Assembly: GCA_000320545.1 (NCBI GenBank)
Contig: ADNK01001542.1
Coordinates: forward strand, 51,233 to 115,232
DNA from: Bigelowiella natans CCMP2755
Lineage: Eukaryota; Protista; Cercozoa
DNA: 64,000 bases
Reading direction: 5' to 3'
Below, one piece after another: positions 1 to 10,922 of this stretch. The position numbers and the translations under genes are program-made. Positions within the stretch are counted from its first letter, which is position 1, and each line of letters opens with the position of its first letter. Below the pieces are notes generated by a model. The model saw only the letters and a list, made by a program, of their open reading frames with translations, made no database searches and was not told where the DNA came from.

Positions 1-872
1 CATGCATCTACCGTCGCATTGGTGAAGATGGTTTTGCCATCGTAGAAGTAGACCTGTGCATCATTAGTCCGTATTATTATTATACACATACAAGAATATA
101 TACTATGATGAATGTGCGGTGGTAGATACCGGCATGTCCATTCTTGCTTCTCCTCGAAGCTTTGTCAATTCCCACGGGTAAAAAGGACCTTTTCCAAATA
201 GCCGGGAGAGGAGGGAGGGAGATCAATATTTGCATGAAACGCATAGTCTTACTTCGTCCAAAAAGGAGTAACAAGTATACAATATATATTATTTTATGTG
301 TAGTGATTCACGCATGCCTTGACCCATAAAAGGCATCAAAACCTTGAAGTCCGTCGTATCGATCTAAATCGTCTTTTGTTTTGTTTGGGTTTATGTTTAT
401 TCCTCCGCATAGGCCTGGATCGTAGAAATACCCCACCTTGCCCGTCCTGCAAACATGCACACACAGCACATACAGCACAACACACACAACACACACATAT
501 ACACACGCACATCAATATAAACATACTGCAAAAGAGCCCTAACTAACCCCACTGCATTCGCTAAGAGGCAAAACCTTGCTAGAATTATTGAACGAACATC
601 TGGATTTTGCAACACCGTCACTGCTTCATCATGTAGCCGTTGTACATCTGTGAGTATCATTATTCATATTTTAGGCTTTGAAAAATATACCATTTTGCAC
701 GTGCGCGTTGGATAACGACAATAGAGCGCAGTTTATGATTTAATATATATACTCTATATATATACTCTATATATATAGTATATATATTTTGCGACCTGAT
801 CTGTGGTCCTCTTCAGCATCCGAATCGTACTTTTGATAATTGTCATTAGATTATCATTATCCAGATATATAT

Positions 873-909
<37 letters not shown>

Positions 910-3900
910 TATCATGGTAGCAATCAATCAACCGATGAAATTTTTAAGGTGGTGGTGTAAGAGCAGTTATTCACGTAAATAATAATAATAATATAAATGG
1001 AATTAGTAATAGTAAAATAATAATACATAGTTTGCATCATGATGCCTGTGTTACTATCACAGGTTGTTCTATCTTCTCTCTCCCAATAATCGTACCTTAC
1101 TAATAGCCGATGGGGCATTACGTGCTGTGCGGTGAAGAACGATGCCTGTTGATTCTTCAAACTGAGCAAAGACATATTTCATCAGATATGAATAAAATAC
1201 CATCTTCAATTACGCCCAAATAGGCCCCAATTTACACGGTCAGTCATCATAGTATCCCATGTTTCTTTTGGCATTATATCGACTACTATTACCACTTGAG
1301 TTCCATTGATAACCATCGGAACCCAGTATCCATTGGAGAGTCTTACAAACTCGCTTCCATCTGTTATTCATTCATAACCATCAATACTACCGTCAATGAC
1401 ATGATCATCATCATCGTCATCATCATAATGCACGTCACCATGAAAAGAGAAACATCTTAGAAATATAATCATCGGAAATCTATCTGAATAATGAATAACA
1501 ATAGGAATAATAATAATATATATATCTCATCAATACGAACGTAATTTTTCCTAACTAACCGGATGAGTTGTTGAGCCTCTCGACAGCGTGGAAAATCATG
1601 CCTTCATCAATGAAACTACACAATGACGATGACAGAAGGCAAATAATGACTCATTTGTTCTCGCACAGCTAATTTGAAATAAGCATACAAGCGTATACAT
1701 GTATGTTATATCATATTAAATTAAAGTGAACCCGTGCTGTTCCCAGTCAGCGACATCTGTTATCTGCAAAAATATATAGGAAATACAAGCGACACGAAAC
1801 GATCTAAAGCCAATGTTTCGAATAGAACAAAAATCTGACGAGGTAAATACAACTTACATCTAGTGATCGATAATCAACTACATTTCTCTATGGATTTTAC
1901 AAATCAATTTGAATTATCCCTAAACATAACGAATGAACGTGGTGATCTTGCTCAGTCATAATACTGCATGCATCTAGGCTAACAGAAGGTGCTGTTTGGT
2001 ATCAACGTTGGGCGAGAGACGGAAGGCGACGCCGTTTGGATGGATACATCGTAACCGGATATATCTGAGTTGTTATGCCAGAAAGGGCAATGGTTGGTGT
2101 AGGAATCATCGTTGCTCGCATATCGACGTAACAACAGCACTGTTTCCGACAGGATATTGCATCGATCATCACCGTGTTTCATTGCTGCTTCCAGAAGGAA
2201 TACCATCGTCCTCAACAATATCTAGGTTCTCCTTTATATGCAAAGACATAGAATGTACATAACTCACACAAAACTGACTATTGCGTTTTTTGTATATTAC
2301 ATGTTACAAATACTATCATTTTTTGGTTGAGAGTGTGCGTATATCTTCCCACCCAGCTTTAAAGCGAATGCACTCCATGTCAAACAGAGAGCAATCGTCC
2401 GCCGAGGCGTTAACAAATAACAACAGGCACTACTACTACTGCCACCATTACTACTATCTCACATAATACTCGAATATGCTTTGCAGCCATCTTCTCCCCT
2501 TCTGTCGTACTGTATTCATAAAGAGTTGAAACATCGGTTAGTTATCTGAAGAGACTTCTGCTGATAAGGTATCTAGGTTCTTCGTTTCCATCATCATCAT
2601 CACGCACCTTAAACTCTCGAAAATGAACGTTTGGTTGGTTCGATTAATTTCTTCGATAGAATCAACTGCAAGGTAGAAGAAGAACAGAGATATACACAAA
2701 ATACAATGTACGATGGTCACCGATACTCAAAGCACTTTATATGAATATCATAAGCTCAAAAAATCCATTTATTATTAAGTTTTCTCTACAAGCGTATGCT
2801 CTCTAAACAGCAGAAAAGGTAGCATCATCGGCTACTTCTTTCATCATCAACATCGTCATTTCTATAGCCAGCACCTGACACTTCCGAGCTGCAATCCCCA
2901 GAAACGCTATCAGCAAACTCGATCTAAACAAACAAAACGATATCAATCACAAACACACACACACACACACACACATGTATGCATGCATACGCACAGGCAA
3001 ACACACAATTATCACAAAAATAATCTCAAAAGCATCATTTTCATAGATAAACATACACTCATGCATGCTTAATAGCATGCGGTTAACATCGTGAAGAACA
3101 CACTTCTGTCTCGTAATTCGCCGGTGTCGGTGCGTTGCAATAACCAGCTTCTTCTGTGGTTTTATCTGCATAGCACCACAAAAAACAAAACAATTTTTAT
3201 GTAAAAACGGAAGCAAAGATACGCTCCTCCCCTCATCCCGTCTCTGGATACTGTTATCACGGTGAATTATGGCTTGGTCATTTTATGGCACAACAACTTG
3301 ATTTGATTGATTTCACCGATATTCATCTGCCGCCAGTGCTCAAGAAGCAAGCCATCCCCAATAACATCCGCATACATCACAAGCTGAGCGTCATTGGGAG
3401 TGAAGAATGGAAGGGAGGGGAGAAGAAGTCAACGACAACAACAACAACAACGATAAGAATAACAACACGCCACAGGAACAATCTTGGCCCTCCCGACCTT
3501 GTTCTCCTCCGTTGTGTTTGTAGTCTTTCTAAAGCGACGCATTGGAAGGTCCATTGGCAGCCTATTGCGCCATTTGCGTAGCACCTTGATGAAGAGAGAG
3601 AAAGAGAGAGAAAGAGAGAGAAAGAGAGAGATAAGGATACAACGGCTTGGATGTTGACAGATAATGATACTATGAAGGATACAACGGCTTGGATGTTGAC
3701 AGATAATGATACTATGCTAAATAGGTACATAAACGATTTACCTTAATGCTATATGGCCCTCTAACCACACCCGTAGCATCTTCATAGCAATAAGCGCTCT
3801 CCTGCTCAGTACGATGAGAGGAAAAGTGGATGCATGATGATCAAGATGTAGCACTAGTTGATAAGAATACAACACATCGAATCTCCTTTGAATTTTGTTC

Positions 3901-4568
3901 CTAAGACATGCTTTGGAGCATGTTACAAGGAAAACTCGAGTAGTTATACGCGTGCCTTATTGCTACTCCTATCGTATATGCTGTTATGCAGGCAGCTATA
4001 GCTATTTGGAGATCATCGGTGAATACCTGGCTTATGCCTTGTTTTCTCTTCTTGATCGTCGTTTTATCCGATGTCGGCTGCTGCTGCTGCTTCACAAAGT
4101 TTTCCATGGCCTGATGATGACAAAATGCACACATTATCTCGAAATATATCATGGTTGCATTAATAAGGACGGTAGCAATGGATTATTCTATGAAACCACC
4201 TCGGTAGCCTTTAATCCGAGTTCTTTCATCCGCCTTTCAATACCAAGACCTGTATAGTTTACACGTATATACAATATTTATAATACTTAAACAAGTATAG
4301 AATACATACCTGGTTGCTTTCCCTCCAAGGCCGCTAATGTGCGAGCCTATGTGGATTAAGAAGAATGATTTGTGCAAATCAACAACTCCTCATTCAATCC
4401 TAAACTGCATTCATATCATCGGCCGTGGAATGTTGATTTACATGATTTTCATCGTAAACGAGGATGGCGATTTTTCGTTTTTTGCTTCGGTTCTCCTCGT
4501 TGGTGAGATCATATCGATGATCAGGATTCATCTTTCATTTCTCTCAGTTTCTCTCCCTCTCACATGTA

Positions 4569-4608
<40 letters not shown>

Positions 4609-5695
4609 TGTGTGCTTTTTCATTCTATTTATGGCATTTACCTTGCTAACAAGCATGTCTTTGTGCTTCTCATTCTTCCATTCTTCCCGTAGCTATGAAG
4701 ATGATGATGATGATGACATATATACTGCTCAGCAATCCCAACAACAAGAAAATCAATAACACAACCAACCACTAGCAGAATCTATATCTATTCGAATGGA
4801 CTGCACGTCAGTGCTTCTTCGTGTCATATTCTAAGGTTGCTCTAGTGCCTTGTGCTGTGCGTTACTAACTCACCTTCCGTAACCGATTGTCTTCGTTTTC
4901 GAATTTTTGATTGAATCTACCAGAGATCATGATGGTGTATAATACAGGCGCATGGTTTATCTTAAATCAAACTTCACAGTGGTGACTAATAGCTGCGAGG
5001 CAGGTCGGAAGCTCATATTTATGGGAACTATTCTTCGATAATAACGGCGTATTTAGCAGTGTGCTTGATAGTATTGCTACATATCCGTATAATCATCACT
5101 ATCATCATCATCATCGTCATCATCATCATCATCATATCGTATTGTTTAGAAGTGAATGACTCGTCAGCAGCCTTCTCCCAGTCCTTATCATCCCACTAAG
5201 AAAAGACATATACATATATATTTAACGCAGCAGTAAATGTGCTGATTATTATGTGAGAGGCGATAAAATCACGGGGATGGGCACAATGCGCGCGCGTATA
5301 ATTTGTCGTACGTGTGTATAATAAATCAATCAACAACCCCGTCTTTTTCCTTTGCATCGCTATCAATCTCCTTCTTGTTCCCCAAGTTCTCTTTCCTTCG
5401 ACGGCCACTAATCTGATTGTCATCAAACCACTCAATTATGCATGTCAATAATCTTTGCGTGCGTGCGTGTCACCTTATCCTTAATCATATGTCGGTAATT
5501 CTTTACCATATCCGCCATCTGGGGATTATCTACAAAATGTGTGGAAGACCAAAAGCGACATCTAATCGTTGTGAGGATTCTTAAAATTAGTTTCAATGTA
5601 ACGCATACCTTTGAATTTGTACTGATATCGGTTGAGAATGTCTTTGATGGCCTTGCGCCCATCGAAGCCATTTCTTGGGTTGTAAGCAGCCTTTT
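1..5695 (-). CDS. Intron-rich gene of unknown function; 3' end lies beyond the window start and 5' end is uncertain (possibly up to ~6400)
   Basis: Many short open segments on the minus strand bounded by AG/GT and separated by microsatellite introns, e.g. MASMGARPSKTFSTDISTNSK, DNPQMADMVKNYRHMIKDK, VLRKWRNRLPMDLPMRRFRKTTNTTEENK, FIDEGMIFHAVERLNNSS|DGSEFVRLSNGYWVPMVINGTQV, GKVGYFYDPGLCGGININPNKTKDDLDRYDGLQGFDAFYG, VYFYDGKTIFTNATVDA. No family recognised; not all exon phases could be reconciled. Confidence 0.5.
3633..3716. repeat. Exact 42-bp tandem duplication within an intron
   Basis: aaggatacaacggcttggatgttgacagataatgatactatg at 3633-3674 and again at 3675-3716. Confidence 0.9.
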
Positions 5696-6721
5696 TCTTC
5701 TATAAATGACGATAATATGGGGGGAATCGGGGCCTCGCGTTAAATAGATGAAGATAGGGGTGCTACCGCCTACTCAATCAACATGCACAGATTGAATCTA
5801 TTCGGAACAGCAGCCACTACAAATTGAGTTACGTTTTCACCGCATTGATAAATATTCTTGAATTGGTGTGGAGAAAGAGTCGTTCTAAGCATGTTGACAG
5901 CTGCGAATGACCCCGTAGTAACGGTATTATTATTCCCTAAGACAGCAACACCTTCTTCGCCAGGTTGAGAAGAGGTCTTATTGCCCGATTGCCCGGAAAA
6001 TATGACTCATCACTCTATGCATATATGGTTAAAGAACTCATCATCACCGCGACATGACTGGATGGTAGAAGGGTTGCAATACGGTTAATTCATATCTCCA
6101 CATAGGAATAGCACGTGGTAGCAGCCATTGCAGAGAGTAGTGTGCGAATTACGGTGAACGTGGAGGAGAGGCAAAGCAGCACAATTATAGATGCGGTCCC
6201 AACTTGCACGGTCGAGATACTGCATAGGTGTCAATGGTGAGGACAAAGGAGGCGTGTCTGGAAAAGGAACAGAACTCATCGGAACCTTATTCGTTCCATT
6301 TGCCATCGAATCGTAGACGTCATCACCACCAGCAATTTGAAGATGGATCAAGACCAATGGCCAGAGTGCGTTCTCTATTTGCACAGAGAATATCGCCCGC
6401 CATGGCAGCAAGGCGCATGCAAGCAACTAAAACGACTGGGGGGGCATTGAGGCAAGGAAGCTGTTTTGGGGCAGGGGCGCTGCAAGTTCCAAGTAGATCT
6501 AGGATAGGATGTTCATCGGACGATATTTTATCTAATATTCGATTTGCAATTTTGGATGAATATAAACGACAATTCTGGATCTGCGACAACGGGATTAGCT
6601 GCGATTCCTTTAAAACTTTCGTTCACTACCGGTAATTCCTTCTCCCCGATGCATCATCTCAGACCAGCATGGAAGCTTGTGTCCGCATAATAGACTGTGA
6701 TCTCAAACAACAGGAAGGACA

Positions 6722-8530
6722 ATGTCTGTGTCACAATTCTTGGGAAAACATGATTGGAAAGTGAGTGTTCAAGACGGCGGGACTTACTTGGTTTCTGGGA
6801 ATCAAACGAGCAATGAAGACAAAAATGTGAGCGAGAAAGTGGAGACACTGGAAAATCAACTCAAGTGTTGGAAAGAAAACTTGAAACACGAGTTGGAAAA
6901 ACGAAAGGAAGATGTGTCGAAATGTGAGACTCAATTGAAGACACTGGTAAATGAAATTGAAAATGGAGACAGCGATGAAGGAGAGGATGACGATGGGTTG
7001 GATGGTGAGTGCAAAAGCGAGACATAATTCGTGAAATTGTGACCCAGCGAGACATTTTAATAAAACATCGCGAGAAAATCAATGAAATTACCGACATGTT
7101 AAAAGTGGGGAAATTTTGTGATAAGAAGAGTTTGGAAGTCGCTTACAAACTGAGGATGGAGCAATATGTTTTCAAGCAAATAGACACAAAATTCGTGCAA
7201 AAATACAAATTCAACGATGGGAAAATATCAGTTGTGTCTCAGCTGAGCGCTGAAAGTGCTATAGTAGATGGGATGTCCTTCACAGGACACAGTGTTCACT
7301 CCTTGCGGAAGTGTGGGGACAAAGCAACTCTGGTTGCGGTCGCCCAAGCGGAAATGCAGTTGTCAAATTCCCTCCAAACTCTGTATGACAAGACCACTGA
7401 AGAAATCGCACGACTGAGAAATGAATATGAGAAGGCAGGCATCAATGACCAAGGAAGAAAGCATAATCTGGTCGCAGAGGAACTCAAAGCGTTGCGATTA
7501 CTAGGCAGGATGAAAAAGGGAAAGCATAAAGCTGAGATGCTGGTTATTGCCTACATCGTTGAGAGACTGGACGACCTCATAGTAGATAAATCGGTGTATA
7601 TCAACATTCAACAACAACTCGAGTGGAAACGAAAATTGTCGGAGATGAAGGTGTGGAACAAACTGCCGGATATGATGACTGAGAGGGGTGGTTTGGGTGT
7701 GGCTGTTGGGGATGGCAAGCTGTTTGCGGTTGGTGGACATGATGGTAATGATGAACTCAAATCTGGGGAGTATCTGAATTTGAATGATGTGGATACGGGG
7801 TGGAAGAAACTGCCTGATATGAATATTAGGAGATATTGTTTGGGTGTGGCCGTTGGGGATGGCAAGCTGTTTGCGGTTGGTGGTGGGTATGATGGTGATA
7901 ATTGCCTCAAATTGGGGGAGTATCTGGATTTGAAGGATGTGGATGCGGGGTGGAAGGAACTGCCTGATATGAGGATTTACAGGGATGATTTTGGTGTGGC
8001 TGTTGGGGATGGCAAGCTGTTTGCGGTTGGTGGCGCGGGTGATAATGGTTGTTATCTCCAATCTGGGGAGTATCTGAATTTGAAGGATGTGGATGCAGGG
8101 TGGAAGAAACTGCCTGATATGATGACTAAAAGGGGTTATTTGGGTGTGGCTGTTGGGGATGGCAAGCTGTTTGCGGTTGGTGGGTATAATAGTACTGAAT
8201 TCAAATCTGGGGAGTATCTGGATTTGAAGGATGTGGATGCGGGGTGGAAGAAACTGCCTGATATGAGGATTGAGAGGAGTAGTTTGGGTGTGGCTGTTGG
8301 GGATGGTAAGCTGTTTGCGGTTGGTGGACATGATGGTGATAATTACCTCAAATCTGGGGAGTATCTGGATTTGAAGGATGTGGATGCGGGGTGGAAGGAA
8401 CTGCCTGACATGAGGATTGAGAGGATAGGTGTGGCTGTTGGGGATGGCAAGCTGTTTGCTGTTGGGTGGGAATGGTGGTAGTAAAAGTGATCATTGCAAA
8501 TCTGGGGAGTATCTTCGCATCGTTATGTAG
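6722..8530 (+). CDS. Coiled-coil/helical N-terminus plus six Kelch repeats (beta-propeller); two frame breaks, so possibly a pseudogene
   Basis: ORF 6722-7027 overlaps ORF 7009-8481 in another frame (frameshift, or a short intron from gtgagt at 7005). Six repeats of W(K/N)xLPDMxxxRxxxGVAVGDGKLFAVGG...GEYL start at 7654, 7801, 7951, 8101, 8245 and 8392. One extra G at ~8464 truncates repeat 6; removing it restores GGNGGSKSDHCKSGEYLRIVM* ending at 8530. Confidence 0.85.
7654..8530 (+). repeat. Coding tandem repeat, 144-150 bp unit, 6 copies (Kelch blades)
   Basis: Near-identical blocks (ggtgtggctgttggggatggcaagctgtttgcggttggtgg; tctggggagtatctggatttgaaggatgtggatgcggggtggaag) alternate with two variable segments per unit. 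Confidence 0.95.
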
Positions 8531-8539
8531 ACAGCTTCG

Positions 8540-10430
8540 CACACACATCGGATTCTGTCTAGAGAAATGTGATCATTCACAGCCATCTACAACTTCGCTC
8601 ATCAGATGAACATGGACTTTCATCGCCTTTTCTCTTAGTTTGCGACAGAATTCGGAATTCAGTTCGGCTTTTAGGTTGTCTGTTGCCAGGATGATTTCAC
8701 TAAGTTCATCATCAATGTCACAGATTTCATTTGCTGTGCTACGTTTGGTCACTTGTTCAATGTTGCTCGTGTTGATCTCATGGTGAGATGTTTCTTTGAA
8801 TGAAAATCACAATTGGGTGCTCTGTGAAGGTCATCAACAGGAATCCTTTTGCTGTGAGCACATTGATGAGCATGCATTTTGCAGCATCGCATGTCAACAC
8901 AGCACACAGCAGTCGTGCATCATCACACAGCAGTCGCACGTGTCAGCACGATAACGGCGCGCGCGCATAGCAGTCGTGCATCAGCACATGGCAGTCGCAC
9001 ATCAGCACGGCAATGATGCTTCAGCACAAACGGGACACACCAGTCGCATGTTGGCACAGACAATTGGTTTCCACATTCGGACATCGAATGTTGGAAAAGA
9101 ACGTCGTGCACATTCTCACACATGACATTCATTTGTTTTGTGAAAGCTCATGATGAAATGCCTTTGCAGACACATCATTCAAATGTCAATAGTTTGTTTT
9201 TCAGGTGGGAACACAGACTTGCATGTTCACTGCTTTGCTACTTGGTGATTGCAATTGATGTGTGTTGTTGTCTTGTTTTCAAACATGTCCAGATTTCTTG
9301 GTTCTTTGATGTCTTCGTGAATGATTTTGGGATTGCAGAACTCAAAATTTGCTTTTTGATTCAACTTTTCTGGTGTTTTTTATTTGTTTGCTTTTCCACG
9401 TTTTTTGCTGCATCTGGGCATTCTGGCATTCGGGCATGTTGTCCAGTTGTGTTGTTTTTTTTATGTTCGCTTCTCTGTGTTCTTCCTTTTGTTGATTTGT
9501 TTTTCCTTCACTTGCTTTTCCACACTTTTTGTTGCATCATTGTTTCATCTTTTCTTTGCTTTTGATTCTGCACGTTTTGTCCGCTGTTCTCATTTCTTCT
9601 TTTGACAATCAACATGCATGACTTTCTTCCATCACTTTTGATTTTTTCATCCAAAGCCCAATCCTTTTTCCATACTGATGACACACTCCTCTTTCAAGCT
9701 GCTTTTCATTCCAGCAACATCAAGTTGCATTGCTAAATTGTTTTCATGTTTGCTTTCATTTTCAACATGACAATTGATTTTTTGACTTTTCGCACTTGAT
9801 GTTGTGATTAAGAATTCTCCACATCGTTTTTCTTGTCATTTTTTGTTTTGGGGACCACGGAAATTGGGGATTTGTTCGCCTCTTTCATTTTCCAAATCAA
9901 TGTGGGGCTTTGCATGGCTAGATGGGGTCTTGAAAAACAAACTTTCGAATGTGCGCACATGTGCTAGATGTGTGCACATGCACACACAATGCTTTGTGCA
10001 AATGTGACCCCCAACCTCCAAAAAATGCCCCCCATGCTAACATGAAGCATGGGCATGACAATGCTAAAACACTAGAATGTGATGTCATGCAGCGCATGAT
10101 GCTACATTGCTAGATTGGCACAATGCTAGAATAACACAATGTAGAATGATGCTGTCGCATCGCTTTGTGAGTACTAGAGTAGGTTGTGCTTCGCACATGC
10201 CATGCTTACATGCTGCCATTGGCGGTTGCAATGATTTTATTGTTATTGCTTGCACATTGCACACGGTGCCAAGCAACTGCACGCGCTGCAAAGAAGCCAA
10301 CAGCTCTAGAGCTCCAGGATCATGCATCTTGCAACATGTCACCATGTTAGCATGGCGTGATCTTCCACAACTAAGCAATCTACCCATATACATTGCACTT
10401 GACAGCATCATTATGTTATCTGTGAGACGG
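8540..10430. mobile_element. Degenerate TpA-depleted tract, probable relic of a repeat or foreign element
   Basis: Strong strand asymmetry (T-rich on +). About 9 TA dinucleotides counted by eye in 9121-10020. Spurious ORFs lack Tyr and are rich in Cys/His. No family could be assigned. Confidence 0.45.
8905..9004. repeat. Four degenerate copies of an ~18-bp unit
   Basis: cacagcagtcgtgcatca (8905), cacagcagtcgcacgtgtca (8926), catagcagtcgtgcatca (8966), catggcagtcgcacatca (8987). Confidence 0.8.
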
Positions 10431-10922
10431 ATATGACTAAAAGATCACCTAGATTACATTTATTCAATGGTCGTCCTAATGTAGCTATGCAAAGCTAGAA
10501 AGCAGCGACTGCAGCGCTTTGATGGGCACACAGTAATCATTACTGCGCAACCATGTTACATTCAGACTAGCTTACACGCGCTGGCGCATTATGGAAATAA
10601 GACAGCATGGCCAATGAACAATCTGAGCTGTTCATTTCTAGATTTGAGCTAGAATCGTATGTCGTTGGCTCGTGAAACAAGAAGGGCGGCACAATGACAT
10701 ACGCTCATTCATCACTACCATACGCACCGACACATTTGACTCGAGCTTGGCAATAATAGGATCATTTTGTTAATTGTAAACTTATTTCCCTAAAATTCGA
10801 GATTCAACACCGCACCATTCTGTCTCCAGAAATGAAGAGCGATTACTGTCTATTGATCTCGCAATGAATATTTACATAGCACCTCTCCGTATTCTTCTTC
10901 TGTATACACATGCACAACCACT

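Noticed and set aside
2470-2575. Apparent in-frame TAA in a putative exon, hinting at a non-standard genetic code
   Set aside because: All conserved genes, including a 9.7-kb exon, read without internal stops and end in TAA/TAG/TGA. The cause is more likely a wrong exon boundary or a sequence error.
7501-8331. 276-aa repetitive antisense ORF
   Set aside because: It is a shadow of the Kelch repeats; TA-poor DNA has few stop codons on either strand.
7654-8530. CRISPR-like look (constant blocks with variable spacers)
   Set aside because: Unit lengths are multiples of 3 and encode Kelch blades; the context is eukaryotic and there are no cas genes.
8540-10430. Fungal-type RIP or CpG-methylation decay as the cause of the TG/CA excess
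   Set aside because: RIP increases TpA and methyl-decay depletes CpG; here TpA is lost and CpG persists. This is disfavoured rather than formally excluded.
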